Assembly (NCBI GenBank): GCA_963828525.1
Contig: CAWHEP010000002.1
Coordinates: 192,001-256,000, forward strand
Direction: 5' to 3'
DNA from: an uncultured Verrucomicrobiae bacterium
GTDB taxonomy: Bacteria > Verrucomicrobiota > Verrucomicrobiia > Chthoniobacterales > Chthoniobacteraceae
DNA length: 64,000 bases
Positions 39,574-49,637 of the stretch are shown here, piece by piece. A program made the position numbers and the translations under genes. Below the pieces are notes generated by a model, which saw only the letters and a program-made list of their open reading frames with translations, had not been told where the DNA came from and made no database searches. How positions within the stretch are numbered: the first letter of the stretch is position 1; the number at the start of each line of letters is the position of its first letter.

Positions 39574-40503
39574 CTAGGCTGGAGCGAGGTCGAGAGCGCG
39601 GAGCAGTTCCATGTCGCTGTCGGACTCGGGATTGCTGGCGGTCAGCAGCTTGTTGCCGTAGAAGATCGAGTTTGCGCCGGCGAAAAAGCAGAGGGCCTGT
39701 CCCTCGCGGGACAAACGGGTTCTGCCCGCCGATAGGCGGACGCGGGCCTTGGGAAGGGCGATGCGGGTGGTGGCGATCAGGCGAGCCAGTTCGAAAATAT
39801 CCACGGGATGCTGATCTTCCAGCGGCGTGCCTGGCATCGCCATCAGACAGTTGATCGGGACGCTCTCAGGTGGAGGATTGAAGCCGGTGAGAACCTCCAG
39901 CATCTTGAGGCGATCCTCCTCAGTCTCGCCCATGCCGATGATGCCGCCACAGCAGAGCGACATGTCGGCTTCCTGCACAGCGGCGATTGTGTTCAGGCGA
40001 TCCTGAAAAGTGTGGGTGGTGACGATCTCCGGATAGAACTCGGGAGAAGTATCGATGTTGTGGTTATAGGCTGTCACTCCCGCTTCCTTGAGTTTCCGCG
40101 CCTCAGTGAGGCTCAGGCTGCCCAAGGTCACGCAGACTTCCATTCCCAATTTGCTTACGTCGCGGATGGTTCCGAGCACCTGTTCAAACCGGGGGTCGCC
40201 ATCTCGCACGCCGCGCCATGCGGCGCCCATGCAAAAGCGGGTGGATCCCTGCTCGCGAGCATCCCGCGCCTTGGCGAGGATGTCCTCGGTCCCCATCAAA
40301 GTCTCGCGCTGCACGCCGGTGGAGTAACGGGAACTCTGGGCGCAATATCCGCAGTCTTCGCTGCATCCGCCGGTCTTTATGCTAAGGAGCGTGCAAAGTT
40401 GCACCCCATCTTTCTTCCAGTGTTCGAGATAAACGCGGCGGCTCTCCCCGATGAGTTCGAAGAAAGGCTGTTCGTAGATTTCCCGGAGGGCGGCAAGATT
40501 CAT
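39574..40503 (-). CDS. bioB: Biotin synthase
   Basis: KTGGCSEDCGYCAQS radical SAM motif, YNHNIDTS, ESVPIN, RLSAGR, GANSIFYG. Confidence 0.98.
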   Translation of the reverse strand: MNLAALREIYEQPFFELIGESRRVYLEHWKKDGVQLCTLLSIKTGGCSEDCGYCAQSSRYSTGVQRETLMGTEDILAKARDAREQGSTRFCMGAAWRGVRDGDPRFEQVLGTIRDVSKLGMEVCVTLGSLSLTEARKLKEAGVTAYNHNIDTSPEFYPEIVTTHTFQDRLNTIAAVQEADMSLCCGGIIGMGETEEDRLKMLEVLTGFNPPPESVPINCLMAMPGTPLEDQHPVDIFELARLIATTRIALPKARVRLSAGRTRLSREGQALCFFAGANSIFYGNKLLTASNPESDSDMELLRALDLAPA

Positions 40504-40514
40504 TTGTCAGCGGA

Positions 40515-40544
40515 AGCGTAGAGAGTCAGCGGACTCTGCGTCAA
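40515..40544 (-). promoter_or_regulatory. Putative bioB promoter with palindrome in spacer
   Basis: Minus strand TTGACG-N18-TACGCT; AGAGTC-N4-GACTCT at 40522-40537. Confidence 0.5.
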
Positions 40545-40574
40545 TGGTGATCGCGTGATCTCACCCGCGCGCTG

Positions 40575-41270
40575 CTAGTCTGACCACCGGTCCGCGGGCG
40601 TGGCCAGCACGGGCACGAGGCCGTTCGAATAATCCGTCCTGCCCACCGCGCCATACATCCTGATTCCGGTTGCGGCGCGGAACCTTTGGCTCATCTCCTC
40701 GCCGGTATGGCATCCCCAACTTTTTACGAAAGCATCCTTGGAGAAGATTCCCCGCTTTAACTTCGTGAAATCGTTCTCGTGAAGCCAGCACTTCGAAGCG
40801 CTATCAATCTCATTGCTGTAGTCGAACATGAAGCACGCCCTGTTCGAGTGGCCGAAATACTCGAGATCGGCAATTTTGACCTCGTTCCGGGGCTGGCCCG
40901 AGTTGAGATAATCGATCACTTCGCCGGCGTTATCAAATAGCACAAGTTTGATTTTGAACTTGTCGCGGACGGTGCAGATATCGGCGATGAGATCCTGCTG
41001 CTCCTGTTTGCTGCGGCGTTTATAACCCTCGGCATACGTGAGCCATGTGATTCGCGCGTCCGGGCCAAGTTTGGCGCGCAGCTCCTCGATGCGGACGCGG
41101 GCGGTGCGGATGAAATTGCCCCACCAATGATCGTGGGGAACGACCTTGAATTTTTCCCACTCCATCAGCGAAGGCCCGCCGCTCATGATGATATACTCCT
41201 TTTCGACGGCTTTCGCCTGAGTCAAAAACGCCGCAACGGCAACGAGGGAGAGTAAGAATGTCTTCGGCAC
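40575..41270 (-). CDS. Secreted hypothetical protein with possible His-Cys dyad
   Basis: Signal peptide (AQ/AKA-type); YFGHS and SWGCHTG motifs. Confidence 0.8.
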   Translation of the reverse strand: MPKTFLLSLVAVAAFLTQAKAVEKEYIIMSGGPSLMEWEKFKVVPHDHWWGNFIRTARVRIEELRAKLGPDARITWLTYAEGYKRRSKQEQQDLIADICTVRDKFKIKLVLFDNAGEVIDYLNSGQPRNEVKIADLEYFGHSNRACFMFDYSNEIDSASKCWLHENDFTKLKRGIFSKDAFVKSWGCHTGEEMSQRFRAATGIRMYGAVGRTDYSNGLVPVLATPADRWSD

Positions 41271-41361
41271 GGGATAAAATCGCCGGGTTCAGGGTGAACT
41301 CAATACAAATCTGTAGCGAGATCCAAGGAAGTCACGCGGAAGGGGCCCACCACGCTTGCAG

Positions 41362-41769
41362 CTAGAGCGGGACGAGAGAGGGTTTCGCGGAATTGGAGCC
41401 AAGAGTGGCCAGAGCGCGACGCGCTATTAAATCAAGGAAGAGCGCCACCGCGAGCCCGCTGCAGGCGCCGGCCAGTGCTCCATAGGCCGCGATAGTCATC
41501 CGGGTGGCGTTGATCCCGTGCCAAACGGATTCCAGTAATAAGGCGCAGACTGCTCCAGACGGGATGCCGGCAAGAATGCCACACTGGAGGAGGAAGGCTT
41601 TGACGCCTGAAGAAGCGCGACGGGCGCGGAGACCGACCGCGATGGATGACGAGACAACTCCCAAGGCCACGAGGGCGAAGCCCATAGCGCAGGCCGCAAG
41701 TCCAATCGCGAAGCCGATCCCCGTGAGAACCGACCAGACAACGAGAAAGACCAAGGCGAATAACAGCAC
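41362..41769 (-). CDS. Hypothetical membrane protein
   Basis: About four hydrophobic helices; starts just after the corrected end of the TPR gene. Confidence 0.65.
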   Translation of the reverse strand: MLLFALVFLVVWSVLTGIGFAIGLAACAMGFALVALGVVSSSIAVGLRARRASSGVKAFLLQCGILAGIPSGAVCALLLESVWHGINATRMTIAAYGALAGACSGLAVALFLDLIARRALATLGSNSAKPSLVPL

Positions 41770-41777
41770 GGAGCGGG

Positions 41778-44211
41778 TTACCGGAGCAACTGTTCCATGG
41801 AAGAGTCTGGCTCAGACCCGAGTTCGACGGCGCGGCGATAGTCACTTCTTTGCTTTTTCCTTATCCGGGGGCTGGCCGGTGGCATAGACAACGGCGAGAT
41901 TGAAGTTGGCGTCCGCGTAATTCGGGTCGAGAGCGATTGCGGTCAAGAGTTCCTTCTCAGTGGCTTCGTGCCAGCCTTTCATGCTTGCGGTGATGCCGAG
42001 GTAATTGTGGGCTTGCGGGAGCTTGGGGTTGATGGCGAGCGCTTTTGTGAGCTGATCTACCGCGTCGTCGTATTTTCCCTGCTGGTAGTAAACAATTCCC
42101 AACGTCGTTCGCGAGAAGGTGTCGTTCGAGTCGATAGCGATCGCTTTTTTGAAGGCCTCTTCGGAGCCTTTGTATTTATTCAGTTTGAAGCGAACCACGC
42201 CAAGATTGGAAAGAATGAAGACGTTGTTCGGGGCTTTCAGGAGAGCCCGCTCGTAGGCGCGCTCCGACTCGCGAAATTTGCCGCGCTCGTAGGAGTCTTT
42301 CGCGTCCCGGACGAGCGGGAGCACCTCGGCTGGCACGTTGGGAGCAGGCGGGGCTGTGTCTACATGCGGCGATTCAGAAGCGCCAGACGCCTGTGGCGAA
42401 GAACCGGGAAGAGCGGGGGGAGACGCCGCTGCCAGACTGCCCGCAGTGCCGCTGACGAGCGGAGGCCGCGCGGCCTCGGGAGTGGCATTCGCGACGGGCA
42501 GCGGAGGGTTGATGCTGGTCTCCTGGGTTGCTCCCGGTTTGGGGGCGGCGATTTCAATGTTCACCTGATCCGGTGTTTCTGAGAGGGCGACATCGGGTTG
42601 CCTGAAGAGCGCGCTTTCCTGAGGACTGAGTTTCACGACGGGCTCGCTCAGATATTTGATCCTCTCCATGAGCACGCTGGATTGGCCCTCCAATTTCGAG
42701 AGTTCGCTTACAACGATGGTTCTGGATTGTTCGCGCCGCGCCTCCTCTTTCAGGCTCCTGTAAACGATCTGCCGGAGCATCGTATTCTCGTCGGTAAGCC
42801 TCTTTTTTTCCTCTGGTGTCGCGCCACCCGCTTTCATCCGCTCGAGTTCGCTGCTGGTGTTATCCAATTGGTTCTGCAGTTCCCCGATGGAAAGCTGAAA
42901 CTGCTTATTCTGTTTCTGCGTGGACGCGAGTTCATTCTTCGCGTCGGTGACTTCCTTTGTGAGACTGGCGATCTGCTCGTCTTTCCTGGGGCCGTCCTGC
43001 TTGAACTGGGTGATCTCTTTCTCGGCGTCCGCCAGTTTCTGCGTGAGGGAAGTATTGTCTTCCATCAGCTTTGCGACCTGCGTCTGAGCCTGCTTCAGCT
43101 TGTTCAGATCCGCGACGGCGGAGTCGCGTTGCTGCCTGAGCACATCGCGGTCTGACTTCACGGCGGCGAGCTCCTTTTCCGCGCCTTCGAACTTGGCGGT
43201 GAGATCGCTGGTCACGCGCTGGGCTTCGTCACGATCCTTGCGCAATGAGGCCACTTGTTTGGTCGCGTCCGCCAATTTGGCTGTCAGATCCGCGTTGCTC
43301 TTGCTGGTGGTATCCTGCTGCTTTGAGAGTTCGGCGACCTGCTTTTCCGCGGCGGCCAGCTTGTCCGCCATTTCCTTGTTTCTCTGACCGGCCTCGTCGC
43401 GGCTCTGCTTCAGGGAATCCGTCTTTTTCTTTACATTGTCATAGCGAGAGACGACGTCCTGGCTCTCCTGCCGAGCATCGTCGCGCTCGTCGCGAGCTTG
43501 CACGAGATCCTTCTGCAAACGCGCTATCTCCTGATCGAGCTTTGTTTTGCCGTTAAAGCTCTGCGAGCCTTCCGCCAGGGCATTCTTGAGAGCTTCCTCC
43601 AGCTCTCTCACCCGGGACTTTTGCTCAACGGCTTCCACTTTCCTCGCATCGCGATCGCGGAGGGCGTTTTCATACTTGCTCACCGCGTCCTGCTTCTGCC
43701 TCTCCAGAGTGTCGGCCCTCTCGTGTTCGGATTCCAGATCCTGTTCGAGGTGTTTGATCCTGTCCCTGATCTTTCTCGTGGCATCGTCCACCACGTCGTT
43801 GGGATTTGACGATGTGGGGACACTCACTTCCGCGGAGGGATTATCCCTCTCAGGCAGGGGAGGTTCATTAGATTCGGGGAGAGCCGATGAGGGGCTGACG
43901 GCTCCAGGCCCCTCGAGCCCGACCTTCTGCTGAAGTTTAGCGATGCTCTCGTCGGTTTTCTTTTTGCGATAATCGACAATCAGGGGCTGCCACTCGGCGA
44001 ATTCCTTTGTAAGCCTGTCGAGAAGCCCTTCGGCGTAGCGGTACTTGCCGAGAGCCAGCTTATAGTTGCCATCGCCCTCGTATTTTTCGCCTGCTTGCAC
44101 GGCGAGATATGCATTCAGGAAAAGGTCCGACGGGTCGACAGAGTCGGCGGCGAACGAGCTCAGAATGCAGCTTAGAAAAAAAACCAGCGATAAGAGGGTG
44201 GAACGCCCCAT
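41778..44211 (-). CDS. Secreted long coiled-coil protein with C-terminal TPR repeats; +1 insertion at ~41843 gives premature stop
   Basis: Signal peptide, heptad-rich middle, TPRs (NLGVV, TLGIVYYQQG, NFNLAV). Removing one base extends KKYYRRAVELGSEPDSSMEQLLR* to 41778. Confidence 0.88.
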
Positions 44212-44222
44212 AAAGACCGGCC

Positions 44223-44251
44223 AAGCTACGTCAGATCAAAAATCGTTGCAA
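44223..44251 (-). promoter_or_regulatory. Putative sigma70 promoter of TPR gene
   Basis: Minus strand TTGCAA-N17-TAGCTT just upstream of ATG 44211. Confidence 0.5.
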
Positions 44252-44399
44252 GACGCATTCCCCCCCCGTAACGGGAGCGCAAAAGGCGCTTGTAAGGGGC
44301 CGCTTGCGCGAGGGCTTCCCCCGGTGAATCCACAGCGCGCGAGCGCCCCCTCGTATTGTAACATTCATGTGAATACTGGCCTCTGGCGCTGGGGTCGCG

Positions 44400-44428
44400 T
44401 TGACACTCCAAGCCCAGAGTGATACGTT
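44400..44428 (+). promoter_or_regulatory. Putative sigma70 promoter of HNH gene
   Basis: TTGACA-N17-TACGTT with TG extension; ATG 13 nt downstream. Confidence 0.6.
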
Positions 44429-44441
44429 CGCCGCAATTCCC

Positions 44442-45044
44442 ATGCTAGACCGGCATGTCCTAGTGCTAAATCGCTTGTGGCAGGCGGTGAATGTCTGCAC
44501 CGTCCGCCGCGCTTTTACCCTGCTTTGCCAGGGTCACGCGCAAGTTGTCTGCCCCGACGCGAACAACAATTTCTTCACGCACGATTTTGGCAGTTGGAAG
44601 GATCTTTCGGCGCGCGAACCCGAGTCAGAGATGGTTCACACGATTTCTTTCAAGGTGCGCGTGCCTCGTGTGATCGTGCTTCTGCTCTTTGATCGACTGC
44701 CGAAAAAAGAGGTAAAGTTTACCCGGCACAACATATTCGAGCGGGATAAGGACACGTGCCAGTATTGCGGCAAGGTCTTCGACCGGCGGGATCTGAACCT
44801 GGATCATGTGCTGCCGCGCGACAAGGGCGGCCAGACGACCTGGGAGAACGTGGTGTGCTCGTGCATCCCGTGCAATACCCGCAAGGGAAACCGATTGCCA
44901 CACCACGTGGGCATGCACCTCATCCGCAAGCCAAAGCGTCCGAAGTGGCAGCCGTTTATCAACATCACCTTTAACGGCCCGCACCATGATAGCTGGAAGC
45001 ACTTCATCGACATTGCCTACTGGAATGTCGAATTAAGCGACTAG
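44442..45044 (+). CDS. HNH endonuclease (McrA-like family)
   Basis: VLVLN N-terminus; RDKDTCQYCG, LDHVLPR..GG..TWENVVCSC..CN.RKGNR. Confidence 0.93.
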   Translation: MLDRHVLVLNRLWQAVNVCTVRRAFTLLCQGHAQVVCPDANNNFFTHDFGSWKDLSAREPESEMVHTISFKVRVPRVIVLLLFDRLPKKEVKFTRHNIFERDKDTCQYCGKVFDRRDLNLDHVLPRDKGGQTTWENVVCSCIPCNTRKGNRLPHHVGMHLIRKPKRPKWQPFINITFNGPHHDSWKHFIDIAYWNVELSD

Positions 45045-45151
45045 TCCAAGTCGCGCGCTCCCGTTTCACCCTTAACTTAAGCACATCAGCGCGCTCATCC
45101 AGATCGAGGCGGCCCGCGCGGACCAGCTACGACCCGAGCAAAAATCCGTCT

Positions 45152-45357
45152 TCAAGCCTCCTCAATAACCGCGCAGTTCTTCCAGCAACGTCCGCGCGGT
45201 GTACGGCTTCATCAGAAAATGTTTGATGCCGCGCCGGCGGCCTTCGCAGAATAGCCGTTGGCTTTTAATCGGCTGGCCGCAACAATTTTGACGGCCGAAT
45301 TGATCTTCACCATCGCAAGGATCGTAGCGGGGCCATCCATCACGGCATCATCATATC
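45152..45357 (-). pseudogene. Degraded response-regulator receiver domain fragment
   Basis: Stitched frames DMMMP(V)MDGPATILAMVKIN..VKIVAAS...GIKHFLMKPYTARTLLEEL; several indels, no N-terminus. Confidence 0.75.
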
Positions 45358-45519
45358 GCGCGCCAGGTTACTCCTCACTTTAGACTAAGCCGATTTTCGA
45401 AATCTCTTAGGCGGGAGCTTCTATGGACTGACGGTCCTCTCGCCTTCCGATTTCTCAAACGCGAAAGGTCAACGGGAAGATTGAAGTGATTCAGAACGGA
45501 GCGCATACACCCCCCCGCT

Positions 45520-47466
45520 CTACGCGGAGGGGACCGCATCCCCCGGCTCCGACACCGGCTCGGCTCTTTTCACTGGCGTCGGCGTGGCTTCCGGGTTGTC
45601 CCGCTTCTTGCTCTTCTTTGAGTGCTTGCCCTTTTTGGGTTTTTCCTGCTCCTTGAAAAGTTCCTTCATAACCTTCGCCACGAGCGGGGCGGCGTAGATT
45701 CCTCCGTGGACGTCCGCCATCTTTGCGGCTCCCTCATAGAGCGCGGCGAACGCGTATTTCGGCTTGTCGGCTGGAGCGAAGCCCGCAAACCACGCCGCTG
45801 TGCGCTCGTTGTTTTTCGGCCCCCATTGCGCGGTGCCCGTCTTCCCCGCTACATCGACATTCGGGATGCGCGCGGCTGAAGCAGTGCCTGATGGCGACGA
45901 CACCACCGCGACCATTCCTTTTTTGATCTGCGTCAGCGTTTCAGCGGAGATGCCGAGTTGTTCCTTTATCCGCACCTCATACGCGGTGACGACCCGGCCA
46001 TCCAGCGTCTGCACCTGGCTCACGAGACGGCTCTGGTAACGGGTGCCGCCGTTGCCGATTGCGGCCATCGCCTGCGCCATTTGGAGAGGGGTGACAAGCA
46101 GATCACCCTGCCCGATCGCGAGGTTCGCAAGATCGCCGCCAAGCATTTTGTGGCCATGCACCCTCGTCATGTATTCCTCGCTTGGGACGCGTCCCGAATC
46201 TTCACCGTTCACCGGTATGCCTGTTTTCGCCCCGAGACCTGCTTTGGTCGCCCATTCGATGATCGGGCCGCTCCCTGTCTTTATGCCGACCTGGTAGAAA
46301 TAGGTGTCGCACGATTGCGTGAGCGCCTGCACGAAGTTCAGCGAGCCAGATCCCACCTTTTTCCAGTTGTGGAATGTCCGGTTCCCGATCTGCATCGCCG
46401 CCGGACAGCCGAACTCGTCGTCCGGCTTTATCGCTTCCGACTCGAGTGCCGCGAGCCCCACGATCACCTTGAACGTGGAACCTGGGGGATAGGCCGAGCG
46501 GAACGCGCGGGGGAGGAGCGGCTTATTCGGATTCGTGTTCAGTTCATTATACGCCTCGGGCGTGATCGCCGGAATAAAGGCGTTTGGATTGAACGAAGGC
46601 CACGAGGCGAGCGCGAGGATGTCCCCGTTATTCGGATCGACCACGACGAGAGCGCCGCGGACCGCTCCTTTCTGCAGCGCCTGCTCGGCGGAACGCTGGA
46701 TGTCCGCGTTGATGGTCGTGATAACGTTGAACCCGGGTTGAGGAGGCAAGACCACTTTTTCGGACGTCTTGGTTCCGCTGGCGTCCAGCGAGATACTCAT
46801 CTCCCCTACCCGCCCGGTGAGCTGCGCGTTGAACGTTTGCTCGATTCCCTCTCTCCCTTCCGATCCCGGCCACAAGGGGTCGTTGTTTTGAATCGGCCCT
46901 TCCGGCACCCGGCCTGATTTCCCCGTGTATCCGATCACGTGCGCCGCGAGGATGCCGTTAGGGTAAAACCGCTGATACACGGCATGGAGTATGACGCGCG
47001 CCGGCGCCGCGTTCCGGATCGTCGCGGTGTCAGCGGGCGACAGATCCTGGATGATATCCAACGGCAACGCGCCCCTGTTGCGGTAATGCTTTAGAATCTG
47101 CTCGTCGGTGACCGAGATCGGACGATCAACCAGGAGACGCACCGCGCGCAGTTGCTCATGCGCGAACTCCAGCACCCGGTCGTCAGCCACGTTGGGCCCG
47201 GGGAATTCCAGCGCGAGATTATTGCTGATCCGGGTTTGCGCAAGCGGCTCCCCTCGTGAGTCGGTGATTTGCCCCCTGGGAGCTGGGATGTTGAGCTGGA
47301 AGCTGCGGGCCTGCTTCTGCGTTTCAATAGTTGCCGCGATGGCAGTCCCCTCCGGAGTGCCGACCGGAGAGGGAGAAGCATCCTGCGCGAGCAGGGTGGC
47401 GAATGGGAGAACAAGCGCAGAGAGCAGACAGAGAATGGAAGGCGCTACGAGTTGCTGAACGGGCAT
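45520..47466 (-). CDS. mrdA: Penicillin-binding protein 2 (class B transpeptidase)
   Basis: APRGQITD, RFYP..AAHVIGY, YPPGSTFK (SxxK), SCD, GKTGTAQ; start uncertain. Confidence 0.92.
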   Translation of the reverse strand: MPVQQLVAPSILCLLSALVLPFATLLAQDASPSPVGTPEGTAIAATIETQKQARSFQLNIPAPRGQITDSRGEPLAQTRISNNLALEFPGPNVADDRVLEFAHEQLRAVRLLVDRPISVTDEQILKHYRNRGALPLDIIQDLSPADTATIRNAAPARVILHAVYQRFYPNGILAAHVIGYTGKSGRVPEGPIQNNDPLWPGSEGREGIEQTFNAQLTGRVGEMSISLDASGTKTSEKVVLPPQPGFNVITTINADIQRSAEQALQKGAVRGALVVVDPNNGDILALASWPSFNPNAFIPAITPEAYNELNTNPNKPLLPRAFRSAYPPGSTFKVIVGLAALESEAIKPDDEFGCPAAMQIGNRTFHNWKKVGSGSLNFVQALTQSCDTYFYQVGIKTGSGPIIEWATKAGLGAKTGIPVNGEDSGRVPSEEYMTRVHGHKMLGGDLANLAIGQGDLLVTPLQMAQAMAAIGNGGTRYQSRLVSQVQTLDGRVVTAYEVRIKEQLGISAETLTQIKKGMVAVVSSPSGTASAARIPNVDVAGKTGTAQWGPKNNERTAAWFAGFAPADKPKYAFAALYEGAAKMADVHGGIYAAPLVAKVMKELFKEQEKPKKGKHSKKSKKRDNPEATPTPVKRAEPVSEPGDAVPSA

Positions 47467-47605
47467 TTCTCGGGAGGCTAAAGCCAAAAAACAAAAGCAA
47501 AAACAAAAATCGCGGCGCGAAAAACCATCCGCGCTCAGGGCGCTTCACCGCTTGCAGCCTCAATCGGTTGTCGATTCTCACATCATCCACCGATACCTTC
47601 GCGCG

Positions 47606-48241
47606 ATGACTTCCAAACTCCTGCGGAAATGCTCTTCCCTGAACGAAGACGGCGTTTCAGTTCCGTACTTTTTATATCAGATGCTCCTGAATCGAATCCT
47701 CGGCAGGAAGCTTCTCCTCCATCAAAAGGTCAGGCTCATCCACCGCGAGAACGTCGATATCCAGGGCTTTTTACAGGTCGGGATTCAAGGTTACGGCTTC
47801 CTGGATCGCGATGATCGTACACTGTTGAACATCGCGGGAAAGCTGAGCGTTTCGGGACGTTTCTCCATCATGCGAGGTGCCCGCCTGGACATCGGAAAAA
47901 ACGCCATCTGCACTCTGCGCTCGGGCTTTATCGGACCCTTCACCAGGTTGATCATACAGCACGGCCTCGATATCGGGGCGGACTGCGCCATAGCTTGGAA
48001 CTGTGAATTCCTGGACGATGACTTTCATCAAATCGAAGGCGTCTCAGGCACAGGGGAAGCGATCTCAATCGGCAGCCACGTCTGGGTCGGAAGCGGCTGC
48101 AAATTTCTTCGCGGAGCAAAGGTGGCGGATGGCTCCATAGTCGCCGCCAACAGCCTGGTCAACAAAGCCTTCACGGAGCCCAACGTCCTCCTCGCTGGAA
48201 CGCCCGCCAAAATCGTAAAAAGGGACGTGAAATGGTCCTGA
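47606..48241 (+). CDS. Hexapeptide-repeat (LbH) acyltransferase
   Basis: IGADCAIAW..DDDFH, IGSHVWVG, GSIVAANS, AGTPAKIVK. Confidence 0.88.
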   Translation: MTSKLLRKCSSLNEDGVSVPYFLYQMLLNRILGRKLLLHQKVRLIHRENVDIQGFLQVGIQGYGFLDRDDRTLLNIAGKLSVSGRFSIMRGARLDIGKNAICTLRSGFIGPFTRLIIQHGLDIGADCAIAWNCEFLDDDFHQIEGVSGTGEAISIGSHVWVGSGCKFLRGAKVADGSIVAANSLVNKAFTEPNVLLAGTPAKIVKRDVKWS

Positions 48242-48287
48242 ACGGACAACCCCTCCGTGTTCCAGGCTCCAGGCCAACTGCGCTGGC

Positions 48288-49634
48288 CTAGATCCGCTCA
48301 AAGTACCGCTGCCGCTCCCAATCGGTGATCGCGCTATCAAAAGCCTCCACCTCGAGCCGGGCGGTATGGACATAAAAGTTTACCACTCCATCCCCAAACG
48401 CCTTCCGCGCGAGTCGGCTTCCGTTCAGTAGCTCAGCGGCCTCTCGGAGGCTTTTCGGCAGCGCTGTCAGGTGATCATCCACGTACGCGTTGCCGACGTA
48501 CGCTTCTCCGCAATCCAGTTCCTCCTCTACTCCCGCCATCCCGGCCGCGACCGTCGCCGCGAATGCCAGATAAGGATTTGCGTCCCCGCCCGGCATGCGA
48601 TTCTCGATCCGGAAGCTCGTGTCTTCGCCCACCACCCGGAAGCCGGCAGTGCGGTTATCTCTCGACCATGCAAGCTTCGTGGGCGCCCAACTCGCGGACT
48701 GGTATCTCTTGTAGGCGTTAATCGTAGGCGCGAAAAAATAACAAAGCTCGCGCGAATACCGCATGAGACCCCCGAGGAAGTGCCGGAAGAACGGCGTGCT
48801 CCTCTTTCCCTCGGAATCCCAAAAGAGGTTCACTCCGTCCTTCCAGATGCTCACGTGGATGTGGCAGCTATTTCCAGGCTCAGCCTCCGAGTATTTCGGC
48901 ATGAACGAGACCGCTCTCCCAGCAGCCGCGGCGATCTCTTTCACCCCCTGCTTGAAGACCGTGTGCATGTCGGCAATTTCCATGGGCTCGCCGTGGCTGA
49001 AGTTGATCTCATGCTGGCCCCGGCCCCATTCTCCTTTGCTGGATTCCACAGATACCCCGGCGGCGATCATTTGGCTTCGGATGATCCTCAACAGGGCCTC
49101 ATCGCGGGCAGGCTGCATCGTATGGTAATCGATGCGATAATCGCTGGAGGGAACGAGCCCCGCATAATTCGCGGCGGAGGCCTCCCGATAGGTCGTGTCG
49201 AATAGGTAGAATTCCAGTTCGCTCGCGATCGCGCATGCCAGGTCAGCCGTCCCCAGCCGCTCCGACTGCCCGGCGAGAACGCTCCGCGGAGCTTCCGCTA
49301 CGCGCGCCCCTTCATGCTGATGAAGATCACAGAGCGCTAAAGCCGCTCCAGTTTGCCATGGGATCAGGCGCAGCGTGCCCAGATCGGGCCTCCACTCAAA
49401 GTCCCCAAACCCCTTCTCCCAGTTCGCCAGATCGAACCCCTCCATCGGTTCCATCTCGATGTCGACCGTGAGCAGGTAGTTGCAGCCATGCGTCCCGTGC
49501 TTCGCCACATTCTCGAGAAAAAAGGAAGCCACGTATCGCTTTCCCATCAATCTGCCGAACACATCCGGGAACGCCACGATCACCGTGTCGATCTCTCCCG
49601 CCTTCACTTTCACTTCAAGCTCTTCCAGCGTCAT
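48288..49634 (-). CDS. Glutamine synthetase-family protein (gamma-glutamylamide synthetase, PuuA/GlnA4-like)
   Basis: GRLMGKR, SELEFYLF, GEWGRGQHEIN, FMPK..GNSCHIH, DNRT, RIENR.PGGDANPY. Confidence 0.92.
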   Translation of the reverse strand: MTLEELEVKVKAGEIDTVIVAFPDVFGRLMGKRYVASFFLENVAKHGTHGCNYLLTVDIEMEPMEGFDLANWEKGFGDFEWRPDLGTLRLIPWQTGAALALCDLHQHEGARVAEAPRSVLAGQSERLGTADLACAIASELEFYLFDTTYREASAANYAGLVPSSDYRIDYHTMQPARDEALLRIIRSQMIAAGVSVESSKGEWGRGQHEINFSHGEPMEIADMHTVFKQGVKEIAAAAGRAVSFMPKYSEAEPGNSCHIHVSIWKDGVNLFWDSEGKRSTPFFRHFLGGLMRYSRELCYFFAPTINAYKRYQSASWAPTKLAWSRDNRTAGFRVVGEDTSFRIENRMPGGDANPYLAFAATVAAGMAGVEEELDCGEAYVGNAYVDDHLTALPKSLREAAELLNGSRLARKAFGDGVVNFYVHTARLEVEAFDSAITDWERQRYFERI

Positions 49635-49637
49635 CCG

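Noticed and set aside
44442..45044. HNH gene as IscB/Cas9-like RNA-guided nuclease
   Set aside because: About 200 aa with no RuvC or PLMP/RRXRR segments and no CRISPR repeats; matches the widespread stand-alone McrA-like HNH family.
47481..47511. A-rich short repeat (AAAAACAAAAGCAAAAACAAAAA) as a phase-variable tract
   Set aside because: Imperfect and short; compatible with an ordinary AT-rich leader or promoter element.
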